Source of the DNA: Acidimicrobiia bacterium
GTDB taxonomy: Bacteria > Actinomycetota > Acidimicrobiia > Spongiisociales > ZC4RG35
DNA length: 64,000 bases
Direction: 5' to 3'
Assembly (NCBI GenBank): GCA_041742825.1
Contig: JBGTNX010000034.1
Location: 105-64,104, forward strand
This document shows, piece after piece, positions 21,290 through 30,775 of the stretch. Each line of letters opens with the position of its first letter. The first letter of the stretch is position 1. Below the pieces are notes generated by a model. The model worked only from the letters and a program-made list of their open reading frames with translations, ran no database searches and was not told the origin of the DNA. The position numbers and the translations under genes are program-made.

Positions 21290-22432
21290 ATGCTCCGCCG
21301 ACTCACAACTCTTCTCGCCCTGAGTGTTGCAACCGCTTCGTGCGCTGCCATGACCGGTGCTGATCTGACCACAACAGCCCCAACCGGATCGGCCAACACG
21401 ACCGCGCCGGCAACCGCTGACACCACCCAGGCGCCGACCGGGGCTCCCGGCCTGGGGGTCGTGCCGGCCGGCGGCGCCAACCTCTATGAGACGCCGGCCG
21501 GAACGGTGCTCCAGTCGATACATGAGGGGATCGTCCTGCCGGTGACCTCGGTAGACGGATCCTGGCTGGAAGTCATTGACTCCTGCAGCAACCCGGCATG
21601 GGTCAACAGCACCGAGGTCTCGATTTTGCCAAGGTCGACACCACAGGTCCCTGGAGCAGGATTCGATCTCTCACGAGCCGTCGTAGTCGTCGACGCCGGT
21701 CACGGTGGCCGGGACTGGGGCGCTCCCGGAGACGGAACCCGGGAGTCGCACTTCAACCTCGACATCGCCGACAGGCTGCGCAATTTGCTCCTGACCGCGC
21801 ACGACATCGATTGGGAAAGCGGCAGAATCATTCCGGGATCTACCTATCCCGCCATCTCCGGCGCCCCGATGACCAGGGACACCACCGGGCCGGAGGGAGG
21901 GGATTTCGAAGCCGGCCTTGCCTATCGATCTACCATGGCGAACAGCGTTGCGGCCGACGCCCTGCTTTCCATCCACAACAACACCGGCACCGATCGCACC
22001 CTTCAGGACCCTCCCCGAGCGGTTTTCTATGCACTCTCTGTGGACGGCTCCGACCGTCTGTCCTCGTTGATCGACGAAGAGCTGGTGCGCAGTTTCGATC
22101 CATTCGCCACCGAATGGCAAGGTTCGGGAGTGCAGGGAACTGCCTCGCGTAGGGACGTGGACACCGGCGGGGACTTCTACGGCCTGCTCCGACGGTCGGA
22201 GGTCCCTGCCGTGATCATCGAGGGGGTCTATGTGAGTGACGATGCCCAGAACGCGCTGCTGCAGACGACGGTGTTCCGCCAGGCGTATGCTGAGGGTGTC
22301 TACCGGGGGTTGGTCCGCTTCCTGACGACGGACGAGATCGGTTCACCAATCAACGAGCCAGTCGACTTTCAAGGCAACGTGGGAAGCCCGACCACCACCA
22401 ATTGTGTGGTCCCTGAGCAAACCGTTCCTTAG
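21290..22432 (+). CDS. N-acetylmuramoyl-L-alanine amidase (Amidase_3) lipoprotein with an SH3-like N-terminal domain
   Basis: Trimmed to the ATG at 21290 (MLRRLTTLLALSVATASC lipobox). VVVDAGHGGRDWGA and SIHNN motifs fit Amidase_3. Confidence 0.85.
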   Translation: MLRRLTTLLALSVATASCAAMTGADLTTTAPTGSANTTAPATADTTQAPTGAPGLGVVPAGGANLYETPAGTVLQSIHEGIVLPVTSVDGSWLEVIDSCSNPAWVNSTEVSILPRSTPQVPGAGFDLSRAVVVVDAGHGGRDWGAPGDGTRESHFNLDIADRLRNLLLTAHDIDWESGRIIPGSTYPAISGAPMTRDTTGPEGGDFEAGLAYRSTMANSVAADALLSIHNNTGTDRTLQDPPRAVFYALSVDGSDRLSSLIDEELVRSFDPFATEWQGSGVQGTASRRDVDTGGDFYGLLRRSEVPAVIIEGVYVSDDAQNALLQTTVFRQAYAEGVYRGLVRFLTTDEIGSPINEPVDFQGNVGSPTTTNCVVPEQTVP

Positions 22433-22570
22433 GTTCCACGACTCATATTTGATCACCAGGCCGCCTGGTACGCGGGTAACCAAACTCGGTGTGGAACTGA
22501 ACGCCCACGGAATCACTATTGAGTTGCAGAGCCTTAGGAATGGATTAGTTCCAGACCCCGGGCGAATGGC

Positions 22571-22798
22571 TCAGCGATAGCGCCAGACGATGCGGCCGCG
22601 GGTCGGGTCGTAGGTCGACACCTCGACGTCGACAGAATCGCCGGGAAGGACTCGAATACCACGGCCGCGGCGCATCTTGCCTGACGGTTTGGCGAGCAAT
22701 TCGAAACCGTTGTCGAGCTTCACCTCGAATGTGGAGTCGGGAAGCATCTTCATGACGGTGCCGCGCATCCGTATGTATTCTTCAGTGTCTTTTGCCAT
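22571..22798 (-). CDS. infA: Translation initiation factor IF-1 homolog (divergent)
   Basis: 75 aa with an S1-like fold pattern: GTV...LP...F.V.L.NG......SGKMR...IR.LPGD.V.VE.S.YD...GRIV.RYR. Confidence 0.8.
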   Translation of the reverse strand: MAKDTEEYIRMRGTVMKMLPDSTFEVKLDNGFELLAKPSGKMRRGRGIRVLPGDSVDVEVSTYDPTRGRIVWRYR

Positions 22799-22897
22799 AA
22801 ATCCTTCGATTACCGACTGCTAACGATAGGCGATGTGCGGCCGGTGCGAGAAGTCGGCGTGTGGTCCCAGCAGCTCAAACTTCGGCCTGCACCGAGC

Positions 22898-25783
22898 TCA
22901 GGCGGTCTCTCCGCTGAGAATCTCTTCGATCTCTCCAACGAGACGCTCGGCTTCGTCCACCCAGCGCTGATATTCGGCGAGATTGCCCTCGGCCAGGGCG
23001 GCCTCGGCGTTGGCAAACGCCTCGGCGGCCTGCTCGACAAGCCCGGCGACAGTCTCAGCGTCCGGGATCTCGCCCTCGCCGCCATCGGGGTCTTCTCCAC
23101 CAATCGATTCGCCGAATACCAGGGATAGCGCACCGTCGAGAGTCTCAGCCCACTCGACACGCTCACCGAACACAACGGCGACCCGGCGGAATTCGGGAAA
23201 GCCGCCGCCCTCCGCTTCGAGGAAGATCGGCTGAATGTAGAGGAGAGACTCTTCGATCGGCACCACGAGTAGATCGCCCTTGATCACCTCGGAGCCAATC
23301 GAGTCCCACAGTGTGAACTGTTGGGAGATGTCGGCGTCTTGTTCGATCCGCTGGCCGACCTGCTCCGTTCCATCGACGAGCTCACCCTGGGGCATCCGGA
23401 AATCGATCAACCGACCGTAGGTCCCTGGCGTGGAGTCCGCCACGAGGAAAGCGGACATGTTGCGCCTCTCCCTCGGTGTGAAGGGTTGCAACAACAGGTA
23501 CGAAAGGCCTTCTTCGCCGGGAAGACTGGTCAGGATGTAATACGGGAGCAGACCCTGGAGATAGTTCCACTGTTGGGTCGAGCCGAGGAACTGGTCACCT
23601 TTGAGCAGGTTCACCCCGTTATCTGCTTCCCGGGAAATCGTCGAAGGGTCGATCGGAAGCGACCAGGCATCGTTGCCGGTGAACAGTTCTCCTTCCGAGC
23701 CAACGTGGTATTCGAGATAGATGTCGCCTTGCAGTCGGAAAATGTCCTGGGGGTAGCGGAGGTGGTTTTCGAGCCCCTCGGGCAGTTCATCCATCGACTG
23801 GAAGATGCCTGGATAAGTCTCGCTCCAGGTGGATGCCAGTGGATCGTCCGGGTCGGATAGGTAGAAGGTGACACCTCCGTCATAGGCATCGACAACTGCC
23901 TTAACCGAGTTCCGGATGTAGTTGGTGCCGACCTCGATTTCTGAGCTCCGGTTCAGCCGGCCTACCGCATCTGAAGTCAGGGGAGTCGCATACGGGTACT
24001 CCGACGACACGGTGTAGAGGTCGAGGACCCACAAGATCCGGCCATCCATCACCACCGGGTACATGTCTGTGTCGGGGACCAAGAAGGGGGCGATCTTCTC
24101 GACGATTGCGCGCACATTCCTCTCGACCAGCACCCGGCTGTCGGGCCGAATCTCCCCTGAGATCAGGAGGTTGAGATCGCGATACCGCAAGGCGAATGCG
24201 GCCTTCTTGAAGATGTTGTCGAGAGGCACCCCTGCTTCGCCCTGGTACTCGTTGTAATCGGTAGCGCCGCCGGGCAACGGGAAGTCGACCTCCTGGGGGG
24301 ACGCACCGGTCTTCACGATCACGGGCCGGCCGGCCGTATAGGTCTCTCCGAAGTAGACCCTGGGCTCGTCGAGCTCGAGACTGTCGACCGAAGCCTCCGG
24401 CGGAATGTCTTGAAGGAGGAATCGGGGCTGGCCGTTGGACTCCACAACGTTGGCCTCGTTGATCACAGCACCGACGCCATGGGTGTAGAACAATGTCGCG
24501 TTCTGCCAATCCGAGCGCGGGAGGTTGGCTTCCTCGAGCTCGCGCACCGAGATCATGACCTGCTTCTCCACTCCCTCGTGTATGTAGCGATCAGTGTCGA
24601 CCCGGCCCAAGGAGTAGTACGGCCGGAGCTCCTGGAAGTTCTGATAGGTCCTGGGGAGCACCGATGTGTCCCAGAGACGGAGATTGTCGATCACGAGCCG
24701 GTTCGCCTCGATGCCGTCGGCATCGAGTTCCCCGGAGGCAGCAAAGCTCCGGACCTCGACCTCGTCGATGCCGTATGCGGCACGGGTGAATTCGAGGTTG
24801 TTGGCGATGTACTCGCGGTCCTTGTCGAGCTGGACTGGAGTCACCTGGAAGCGCTGGATCACAGCCGGGTAGATCGCCCCTGCTGCGATGGCGACCACCA
24901 GCCAGGAGACCACAGTGACGATGGACAGGGTCCAACCGCGCCGCCAGATATTCACGATGAAGGTCACCGCGGCGATCAGGGCGACTGCGATGAGAAGCCG
25001 CAGGGCAGGCAACCGGGCATTTACGTCGGTGAATCCCGGCCCGAAGAAGGCAGGTTCCGACCGGTCGGAGAGGAGTAGCGCGTACATGTCGAGGCGGTAG
25101 ATCACCGCCCGGACCAGTGCGAGTATGGCAAGCATCACCAGGATATGGGTCTTGGTTCCGCTGGTAACGCTCAGCCCGCGGCCGCTGAGACGGATCCCCC
25201 CATTGAAATAGTGGACCACTGCCACCGCTACCAGGCTGAGGAGGAAGAGGTTGAAAACCCAGTCGAGAGTTGTGTTGAGGAACGGAAGCCGGAACACGAA
25301 GAATGAGAGATCCGACCCGAATACAGGGTCGACTACACCAAAATCGTCGCCGTTCTGAAAGAGGAAGAAGTCATCCCTCCACGATGCTGCGGCGAGGCCG
25401 AGCAGGACGGCGAGGCCGAGACTCACGAGAAGGCGCACCGTGCGGATGCGTGGTTCGACCCAATCCCGGAACCGCTCGATCAACTCCTCTTCCTCGGTGA
25501 GATCGAAAGGAACCCACCTTGGTGACATGCGATCGGCGAGGCGGAGGCTCCCCCAGATGACTGCGAAGGCGATGACCACCCCGATTACCCCGAGGAGAAT
25601 CGAAACGCCCCAGTTCTTGATCCAGATCTCGTCGTAGCCGATGGAGTCGAACCAGAGGTACTCGGTCCAGATCGAACCGGCGGCCGTGAAAACGAGGTAG
25701 ATAGCGGCGACGACCCCGATGATGAGAGTGACGGGACGACGACGATCTGCAACGGGTCTATCTGATGGTGCCCTGGTGAACAT
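22898..25783 (-). CDS. UPF0182 family membrane protein
   Basis: 961 aa. The polytopic N-terminal third contains EYLWFDS. The large C-terminal domain and acidic tail are as in actinobacterial UPF0182 proteins. Confidence 0.9.
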   Translation of the reverse strand: MFTRAPSDRPVADRRRPVTLIIGVVAAIYLVFTAAGSIWTEYLWFDSIGYDEIWIKNWGVSILLGVIGVVIAFAVIWGSLRLADRMSPRWVPFDLTEEEELIERFRDWVEPRIRTVRLLVSLGLAVLLGLAAASWRDDFFLFQNGDDFGVVDPVFGSDLSFFVFRLPFLNTTLDWVFNLFLLSLVAVAVVHYFNGGIRLSGRGLSVTSGTKTHILVMLAILALVRAVIYRLDMYALLLSDRSEPAFFGPGFTDVNARLPALRLLIAVALIAAVTFIVNIWRRGWTLSIVTVVSWLVVAIAAGAIYPAVIQRFQVTPVQLDKDREYIANNLEFTRAAYGIDEVEVRSFAASGELDADGIEANRLVIDNLRLWDTSVLPRTYQNFQELRPYYSLGRVDTDRYIHEGVEKQVMISVRELEEANLPRSDWQNATLFYTHGVGAVINEANVVESNGQPRFLLQDIPPEASVDSLELDEPRVYFGETYTAGRPVIVKTGASPQEVDFPLPGGATDYNEYQGEAGVPLDNIFKKAAFALRYRDLNLLISGEIRPDSRVLVERNVRAIVEKIAPFLVPDTDMYPVVMDGRILWVLDLYTVSSEYPYATPLTSDAVGRLNRSSEIEVGTNYIRNSVKAVVDAYDGGVTFYLSDPDDPLASTWSETYPGIFQSMDELPEGLENHLRYPQDIFRLQGDIYLEYHVGSEGELFTGNDAWSLPIDPSTISREADNGVNLLKGDQFLGSTQQWNYLQGLLPYYILTSLPGEEGLSYLLLQPFTPRERRNMSAFLVADSTPGTYGRLIDFRMPQGELVDGTEQVGQRIEQDADISQQFTLWDSIGSEVIKGDLLVVPIEESLLYIQPIFLEAEGGGFPEFRRVAVVFGERVEWAETLDGALSLVFGESIGGEDPDGGEGEIPDAETVAGLVEQAAEAFANAEAALAEGNLAEYQRWVDEAERLVGEIEEILSGETA

Positions 25784-25830
25784 CGAGTTCGAGTCTAAGT
25801 GGTCGGAAACCTTGTGCTAGCGACGGGCCA

Positions 25831-27630
25831 CTAAAGGGCCAGCGTGCACTCGCACCCCGGATGGACCGGGGGAAGCGTCGTGATCGGGTCGGTGGCGGCC
25901 TGGCGGCAAGCACTGCATGGTGTTCCCGACGCGATCCATTCGAAGCTCCGACCTGCGGCCGACTCTGCGAAGCCACGGTGGAATCCGGTGAGGGCAAGAG
26001 ACCGTACCCGGCGTTCGGCTTCGTCGGTTCGCCACGCACGGAACACCTTGGAAGCAGCTGACTGCCTCTCCCTCTGCCCCTCCGACGATGAGCTCAGTTG
26101 CTCTTTGAGATTCTGGACGAGGTCAGTACCGAAGACTTCGGGCGAATCTGTTGCAGGAGTCGACGGCCGTTTCAGTCTGGCACCGGCCATGGCCTGGGCC
26201 CGATCGTGTCCGGCGGTGTAGCTCTCGGCCCATAGGGTTATCAGGTCGGCGCGCAGGGTCTCGGCGATCGCGGTCCGGTCGGGCTCCCAGCCACTGTCGG
26301 TCCGCAGGCCGTCGAGAGCGACATTCTGCGCCTCGGTCACGGCCTTTTTGATTCCCCGGAGGGCGCGATTGGTAATCGGGAGCAGTGCACTATCACGCTC
26401 TTCGATGAGATCGTCAGCCGCGCGGATCGTAGTTACGGGGGAAGGAACCGGGTCGGTCCGAGGTTCGGCCACCGCCGCCGGGCTTGGTGTCGTCTCTTCG
26501 ACCAAACGCTCTGCCGGAGGCGGGGCTCCAACCAGGCCCTCCCCCGGTTTACGTAACGACGCGAATAGGGCATCGACATCGTCCTCGGGTTCCGGGGCCG
26601 GAGCGGGCAAAGGCTCGGGCTCGGCCGCCACCGGTGAAGTTGGTTGCGCCGGCTCGGCGACCGGCGGTATCACCTCGGGTTCGACTGTTGGCGCCGGAGC
26701 TGTCTCTTCGGGTGGTTCGGGCGCACGCTCTTCCCGCCTTGGCGCCGGGGGCTCCGGCTTCTCGTGCTCGTCGCGGATGATCCGCACGGTCTCCCCCGGT
26801 TGCCACGTGACCTGGGGCTCAGGCAGCGGTTCGGGCGGGCGATTGCCCGGAATCACCCTCACGGAGGTGTCACCGGTACGGGAGAGGTTCAGGTCCTCGC
26901 GTTTGGCTTCGAGGGTCCCTTCCATTTGATGGAGAGCGGCCCTGACGCCTTCGAGTTCTTCCATCAACTCTTCGCGGCGCTGCTCGAGCGCCCTGGTCCG
27001 CTCCTGGCTCGCCTCCGCCTGCTTGCTGGCGGTGGCGAGCATGTCGTCGCGGGTCTTCTCGGCCTCAGCCGTGATCTTCTCGGCGTCCATGCTCGCCCCC
27101 CGGAGCATGTCCTCTGCCTCGCGGCGGGCCCCGGACACAAGGCGGTGGGCATCCCGCTCAGCCTCCCCGGCAATGGTTATCGAATCTCTTTCGGCCGATT
27201 CCCGGAGGTTCCTCGCCTCGGCGACCACCTGGTTGAGAAGCTCACTCCCGACAGCCCACGCGTCACTCCGCAGCGCCTCGGCGTCGTTCTTCGCCTCCTT
27301 GCGCAACTGCTCGGCCTCTGCCATCGACTCTGATCGCCAGCGCGCTGCGTCAGCTGTGGCCCGCTCCCTCATGGTCTCGGCCGCCTCCCGGGCGGCTTCG
27401 AGGACCGTCGTGACCTCACGGCCGACATTCTCGAACTCCGACTTCAAATCTCTGTCGGCAAACTCGCCCAGTCGGGAAATGAGTCGCTCCCGATCTTTCT
27501 GCAGCTCCTCGAGCGCCCCGGCCACCTCGTCGAGGAACTGTTTCACGGCGGAAGGGTCGGCGCCTCGCATCACCGTGCGGAAATCAGCACCGCGGACCGT
27601 CTCAGGGGTCACTTCAGAGGGCATATCCAT
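25831..27630 (-). CDS. DivIVA-domain coiled-coil protein with Pro-rich linker and MuF-like C-terminal Cys/His motif
   Basis: Start chosen at ATG 27630 (MDMPSEVTPETVRGADFRTVMRGADPSAVKQFLDEV, a DivIVA N-domain), 38 nt after the upstream stop. About 230 aa of Ala/Glu/Arg coiled coil follow, then PEPxxP repeats. The C-terminus is W-x5-CSAC-x13-PPVHPGCEC. Confidence 0.8.
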   Translation of the reverse strand: MDMPSEVTPETVRGADFRTVMRGADPSAVKQFLDEVAGALEELQKDRERLISRLGEFADRDLKSEFENVGREVTTVLEAAREAAETMRERATADAARWRSESMAEAEQLRKEAKNDAEALRSDAWAVGSELLNQVVAEARNLRESAERDSITIAGEAERDAHRLVSGARREAEDMLRGASMDAEKITAEAEKTRDDMLATASKQAEASQERTRALEQRREELMEELEGVRAALHQMEGTLEAKREDLNLSRTGDTSVRVIPGNRPPEPLPEPQVTWQPGETVRIIRDEHEKPEPPAPRREERAPEPPEETAPAPTVEPEVIPPVAEPAQPTSPVAAEPEPLPAPAPEPEDDVDALFASLRKPGEGLVGAPPPAERLVEETTPSPAAVAEPRTDPVPSPVTTIRAADDLIEERDSALLPITNRALRGIKKAVTEAQNVALDGLRTDSGWEPDRTAIAETLRADLITLWAESYTAGHDRAQAMAGARLKRPSTPATDSPEVFGTDLVQNLKEQLSSSSEGQRERQSAASKVFRAWRTDEAERRVRSLALTGFHRGFAESAAGRSFEWIASGTPCSACRQAATDPITTLPPVHPGCECTLAL

Positions 27631-27667
27631 AGAAGATACCGAGAAAGTGTGCTTTTCCCGGCGATTG

Positions 27668-28681
27668 TCAGGCAGCTTCCAGGTTTTCGAGGTATTCGAT
27701 TGCGTCATCGAGGTGGGCAATTGGGACGATGTCGATGAGGTTACGCTCGGCGGTTAGCGCTTCTTCGTAGTTGCCTGCCGGCACCAGGATCACCGACGCT
27801 CCGGCTGCTTCGGCCGCGGCCACCTTCTGGCGGATCCCGCCGATGTTGCCGACCGTCCCGTCGTACTCGATGGTCCCGGTGCCGGCTATGACATTTCCCC
27901 CGGTCAGATCACCGGGGGTGAGGGTGTCGATGATGGCGAGGGCATGCATCATCCCTGCCGAAGGCCCGCCGACATTGCCTGCCTGGATCGACACTGGGAA
28001 CGGGGGTTCGGTCAGTTCTCGAACCACGATCCCCATGATCGGGGCCTCCGGGTCGTCGTCTCTAGCCGCGAGCTCGAGGGTCACCTCCATCTCGGAGCCC
28101 ACCCTGGTGATCCCAAGGGTCACTTCATCACCCGGGGCGAGGCCGGCGAGCGCCTCCGGGACGTCGGCGGAGCGAACGATCTCGGTTCCGTTGACGGTGT
28201 TAACCGAGTCCCCAGGTTCGAGGATCCCGTCAGCCGGAAGGTCGGCGACGATCTCGATGACGATGACGTCGGTCGGGGTCATCTCGTATCCAAGGGAGGT
28301 GAGGGCCACGGTGATCGCCCTTACCTGAGAGTCGTCCATCTGGGTAAGCACCCGCTCCCGGTATTCCTCATCGGACTCGTCGGGCGGCCGGACCCGTTCC
28401 TTCCGGAGCAGGTCGATCGTCGGGTCAAGACCTGCGATCACAGCTTCAAACACATTCACGTCCTGACTGAGCACCGTGAGCATCAATAACTCGCCCTCAG
28501 GAGGGAATACATCGACGTCCTCGATTTCGATTGCGTCGGCAGCATCCGAAATCGGGCCTGCAGACCAAGCCAGATAGGGCAGCTGAACATTCCACAGGAC
28601 GACGGAAAGCACACCAGCGAAGAGAAGGAAACTAGCCAGATATAGGGGCCAGGAGGGGGTCGACGGCTGCGTGTCTTGCAC
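27668..28681 (-). CDS. PDZ domain plus Lon-type S16 serine protease (SepM/YlbL-like)
   Basis: It has an N-terminal TM helix, a PDZ domain (GDSVNTVNG...GDEVTLGI), the GGPSAGMM catalytic Ser and GGIRQKV Lys. The start is uncertain: GTG 28681 is chosen, but the ORF is open to 28756. Confidence 0.8.
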   Translation of the reverse strand: MQDTQPSTPSWPLYLASFLLFAGVLSVVLWNVQLPYLAWSAGPISDAADAIEIEDVDVFPPEGELLMLTVLSQDVNVFEAVIAGLDPTIDLLRKERVRPPDESDEEYRERVLTQMDDSQVRAITVALTSLGYEMTPTDVIVIEIVADLPADGILEPGDSVNTVNGTEIVRSADVPEALAGLAPGDEVTLGITRVGSEMEVTLELAARDDDPEAPIMGIVVRELTEPPFPVSIQAGNVGGPSAGMMHALAIIDTLTPGDLTGGNVIAGTGTIEYDGTVGNIGGIRQKVAAAEAAGASVILVPAGNYEEALTAERNLIDIVPIAHLDDAIEYLENLEAA

Positions 28682-28719
28682 GATGAGATGGTAACTGTCG
28701 GCCGACCTTAGAGGTCTGT

Positions 28720-28729
28720 AGCTTAAGCT
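28720..28729. promoter_or_regulatory. Perfect 10-bp palindrome AGCTTAAGCT upstream of bioY (candidate operator)
   Basis: AT-rich palindrome 27 nt before the bioY ATG, in the divergent spacer. Confidence 0.2.
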
Positions 28730-28755
28730 CGCACCAACATCACCAGGAGTAGCCA

Positions 28756-29328
28756 ATGACGTCAGTAGCCATCACCCATCGCATCCTGCCCAGAACCCTC
28801 GCAACCTCCATCCTCTTGGTCGTGGCTGCTGCAGCGGTCACCGCCGTTGCCGCCCAGTGGCGGATCATCCTCCCCTTCACCCCGGTCCCGATCACAGGCC
28901 AGACCTTTGCGGTGCTGCTCACCGGCGCCGCCCTCGGCATGAGGCTCGGCGCCGCCGGTCAACTGCTCTACCTGGCAGTTGGTGCGCTCGGGGCCCCTGT
29001 TTTCAGCGAAGCGCAAGGCGGGATGGATGTTGTGAGCGGGGCCACCGGGGGTTACCTCATCGGCTTTGTCTTCGCTGCAGGGCTCATCGGCTGGATGGCC
29101 GAACGCCGCCAGGACCGGACGTTCTCGAAAATGTTCACTGCATTCATCTCAGGTTCTGCGGTTATCTACTTCTTTGGCGTGATCGGCCTGGTGGCGGCGA
29201 CGGGGATGAGCACGTCGGAGGCGATAGCGAATGGTGTGGTCCCGTTCGTCCTTGGCGACGTGATCAAAGCGGCTGCAGCAGGGCTCATCCTGCCCGGAGC
29301 GTGGAAACTGCTGGGCGAGCAGGGGTAG
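28756..29328 (+). CDS. bioY: Biotin transporter BioY
   Basis: 190 aa. It has FTPVPITGQTFAVLL and GGYLIGF motifs and 5-6 TM helices. Confidence 0.9.
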   Translation: MTSVAITHRILPRTLATSILLVVAAAAVTAVAAQWRIILPFTPVPITGQTFAVLLTGAALGMRLGAAGQLLYLAVGALGAPVFSEAQGGMDVVSGATGGYLIGFVFAAGLIGWMAERRQDRTFSKMFTAFISGSAVIYFFGVIGLVAATGMSTSEAIANGVVPFVLGDVIKAAAAGLILPGAWKLLGEQG

Positions 29329-29810
29329 TGGGCAACCGGTCGGGCGAACCTGTCTTCCGGTCGACTGCCTTCGACGATATCCCTGAACCTGACTTCGCCG
29401 ATGTGGTGTTGGTCTCGGTACCGGCCACAACCCTTCCCATCATCGGCGACCCGGCCTGGTGGGCGGCGCGGGTCTTCAGTGTTCGGTCGATGCCCCGCTG
29501 GATCGTTTTGCTCCTGGGTCTGCGACAGGTCCTGGTCCGGCTCATTGGGGTGGACCGGGCGCCGTCGTCAGTGTTCGATGTCAAAGCCATCGTTGGTGAG
29601 GAGGCCCTGATCGCGGCCGACGACCGCCACCTCGACTTTCGAGCCGGCGTCGCGATCGACGTGCCCCAACGCATGCTCCGGGTGACAACCGTCGTGCGGT
29701 TCCACGGATGGCGGGGACGTCTCTACTTCATTCCCGTCGGCTTGCTTCATGATCCGATAACAAGGGCCATGGCGCGGCGCGCGGTCCGGGACTTTGTGCG
29801 TGGAGGCTGA
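29328..29810 (+). CDS. DUF2867 domain-containing protein
   Basis: This is the distal part of ORF 28857-29810. The GTG at 29328 overlaps the bioY stop (TAGTG). The pattern DDRHLDFRAGV...GRLYFIPVGLLHDPI fits DUF2867. Confidence 0.6.
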   Translation: MGNRSGEPVFRSTAFDDIPEPDFADVVLVSVPATTLPIIGDPAWWAARVFSVRSMPRWIVLLLGLRQVLVRLIGVDRAPSSVFDVKAIVGEEALIAADDRHLDFRAGVAIDVPQRMLRVTTVVRFHGWRGRLYFIPVGLLHDPITRAMARRAVRDFVRGG

Positions 29811-29832
29811 GCCCTCGAACCGCTACACGAAT

Positions 29833-30699
29833 TCAGCCAGAGACGTATCTGATGGCATCTGCAATTTCTTCGGGGACTTCCTCCTGGAGAAAGTGCCCGG
29901 CGCCGGTGCTGGTGACCCGTGCCTCGGGCAATAGCCGTTCGTGCCGGCGGAGAAGTCGGCCCAGCACCGGGTCTGCGGTCCCCCAGACCAGTGCCGACCT
30001 GCCGGAGAAACCAGCCACATATTCTCGGACCTCTGCCTGGAGAGCAACAGTTGGATGATCCATGTCGTCGGCAACCATGCGAACCAGAGCGGCGACCGCC
30101 TCATTGCCGCGCCTCCGTTGCAAGGGATAGGCATAGGCCCGGGCCACATCGCCCGATATCGACCTTCGATCTCCCTGGGCGAAGCCGAGAGCCCTTTGGG
30201 GAAGCCCTGCGTATCGGCTCACCAGGTCACCCATCCGGGTTGAGAAGAACCGGTGGAACGAGGACGGGCGGAAGCCTGGCTTTGGCGGCTCGATGAGAGT
30301 GTTCATGACTACGACACCGGTCATCACCCCGGGACGGCGACTGAGGGCATGAAGACCGATCGGCCCACCCCAGTCCTGGACCACAGCAATCGCGCCATCG
30401 AGGTCGAGTTGGGCGAGGAGCGCCGACATCCACTTCGAGTGGTTTTCAAAGGTGTGGTCACCAACATGTGGGGGCCGGTCTGAGAATCCGAGCCCGGTCA
30501 GGTCGGGCATGATCAGGCGGTAAGGCTCGCCGCGCAATTCGACGGCCACCTTCCGGTAGAGAAACCCCCATGTCGGGTTGCCATGGAAGAGGAGAACGGG
30601 CCGGCCTTCGCCCTGCTCCATCACATGCATGGCAAGTCCTGTCTCGATCTCGACCCGGTAACGCTCGAAGGGGACCATCGCTGCGAGCCATTCCGGCAT
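29833..30699 (-). CDS. Alpha/beta hydrolase (haloalkane dehalogenase-like)
   Basis: It has LLFHGNPTWGFLYR and VVQDWGGPIG (nucleophile Asp type). The start is uncertain: ATG 30699 is chosen, but the ORF is open to 30801. Confidence 0.85.
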   Translation of the reverse strand: MPEWLAAMVPFERYRVEIETGLAMHVMEQGEGRPVLLFHGNPTWGFLYRKVAVELRGEPYRLIMPDLTGLGFSDRPPHVGDHTFENHSKWMSALLAQLDLDGAIAVVQDWGGPIGLHALSRRPGVMTGVVVMNTLIEPPKPGFRPSSFHRFFSTRMGDLVSRYAGLPQRALGFAQGDRRSISGDVARAYAYPLQRRRGNEAVAALVRMVADDMDHPTVALQAEVREYVAGFSGRSALVWGTADPVLGRLLRRHERLLPEARVTSTGAGHFLQEEVPEEIADAIRYVSG

Positions 30700-30775
30700 C
30701 ACCGGTTCAGGAAGACGATTCACGAACTTGGAGACAACGGTGCAGACGCCGAAAGGCGTCGATGCCCGGAACCCA

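Noticed and set aside
25831-28756. Prophage remnant suggested by the MuF-like C-terminal motif.
   Set aside because: No portal, terminase, capsid, integrase or att-like repeats are nearby. The flanking genes (PDZ-S16 protease, UPF0182) are conserved actinobacterial core genes.
28857-29810. 317-aa plus-strand ORF.
   Set aside because: Its first half is an out-of-frame overlap of bioY (Arg/Pro-rich). Only the part after the GTG at 29328 resembles a real family (DUF2867).
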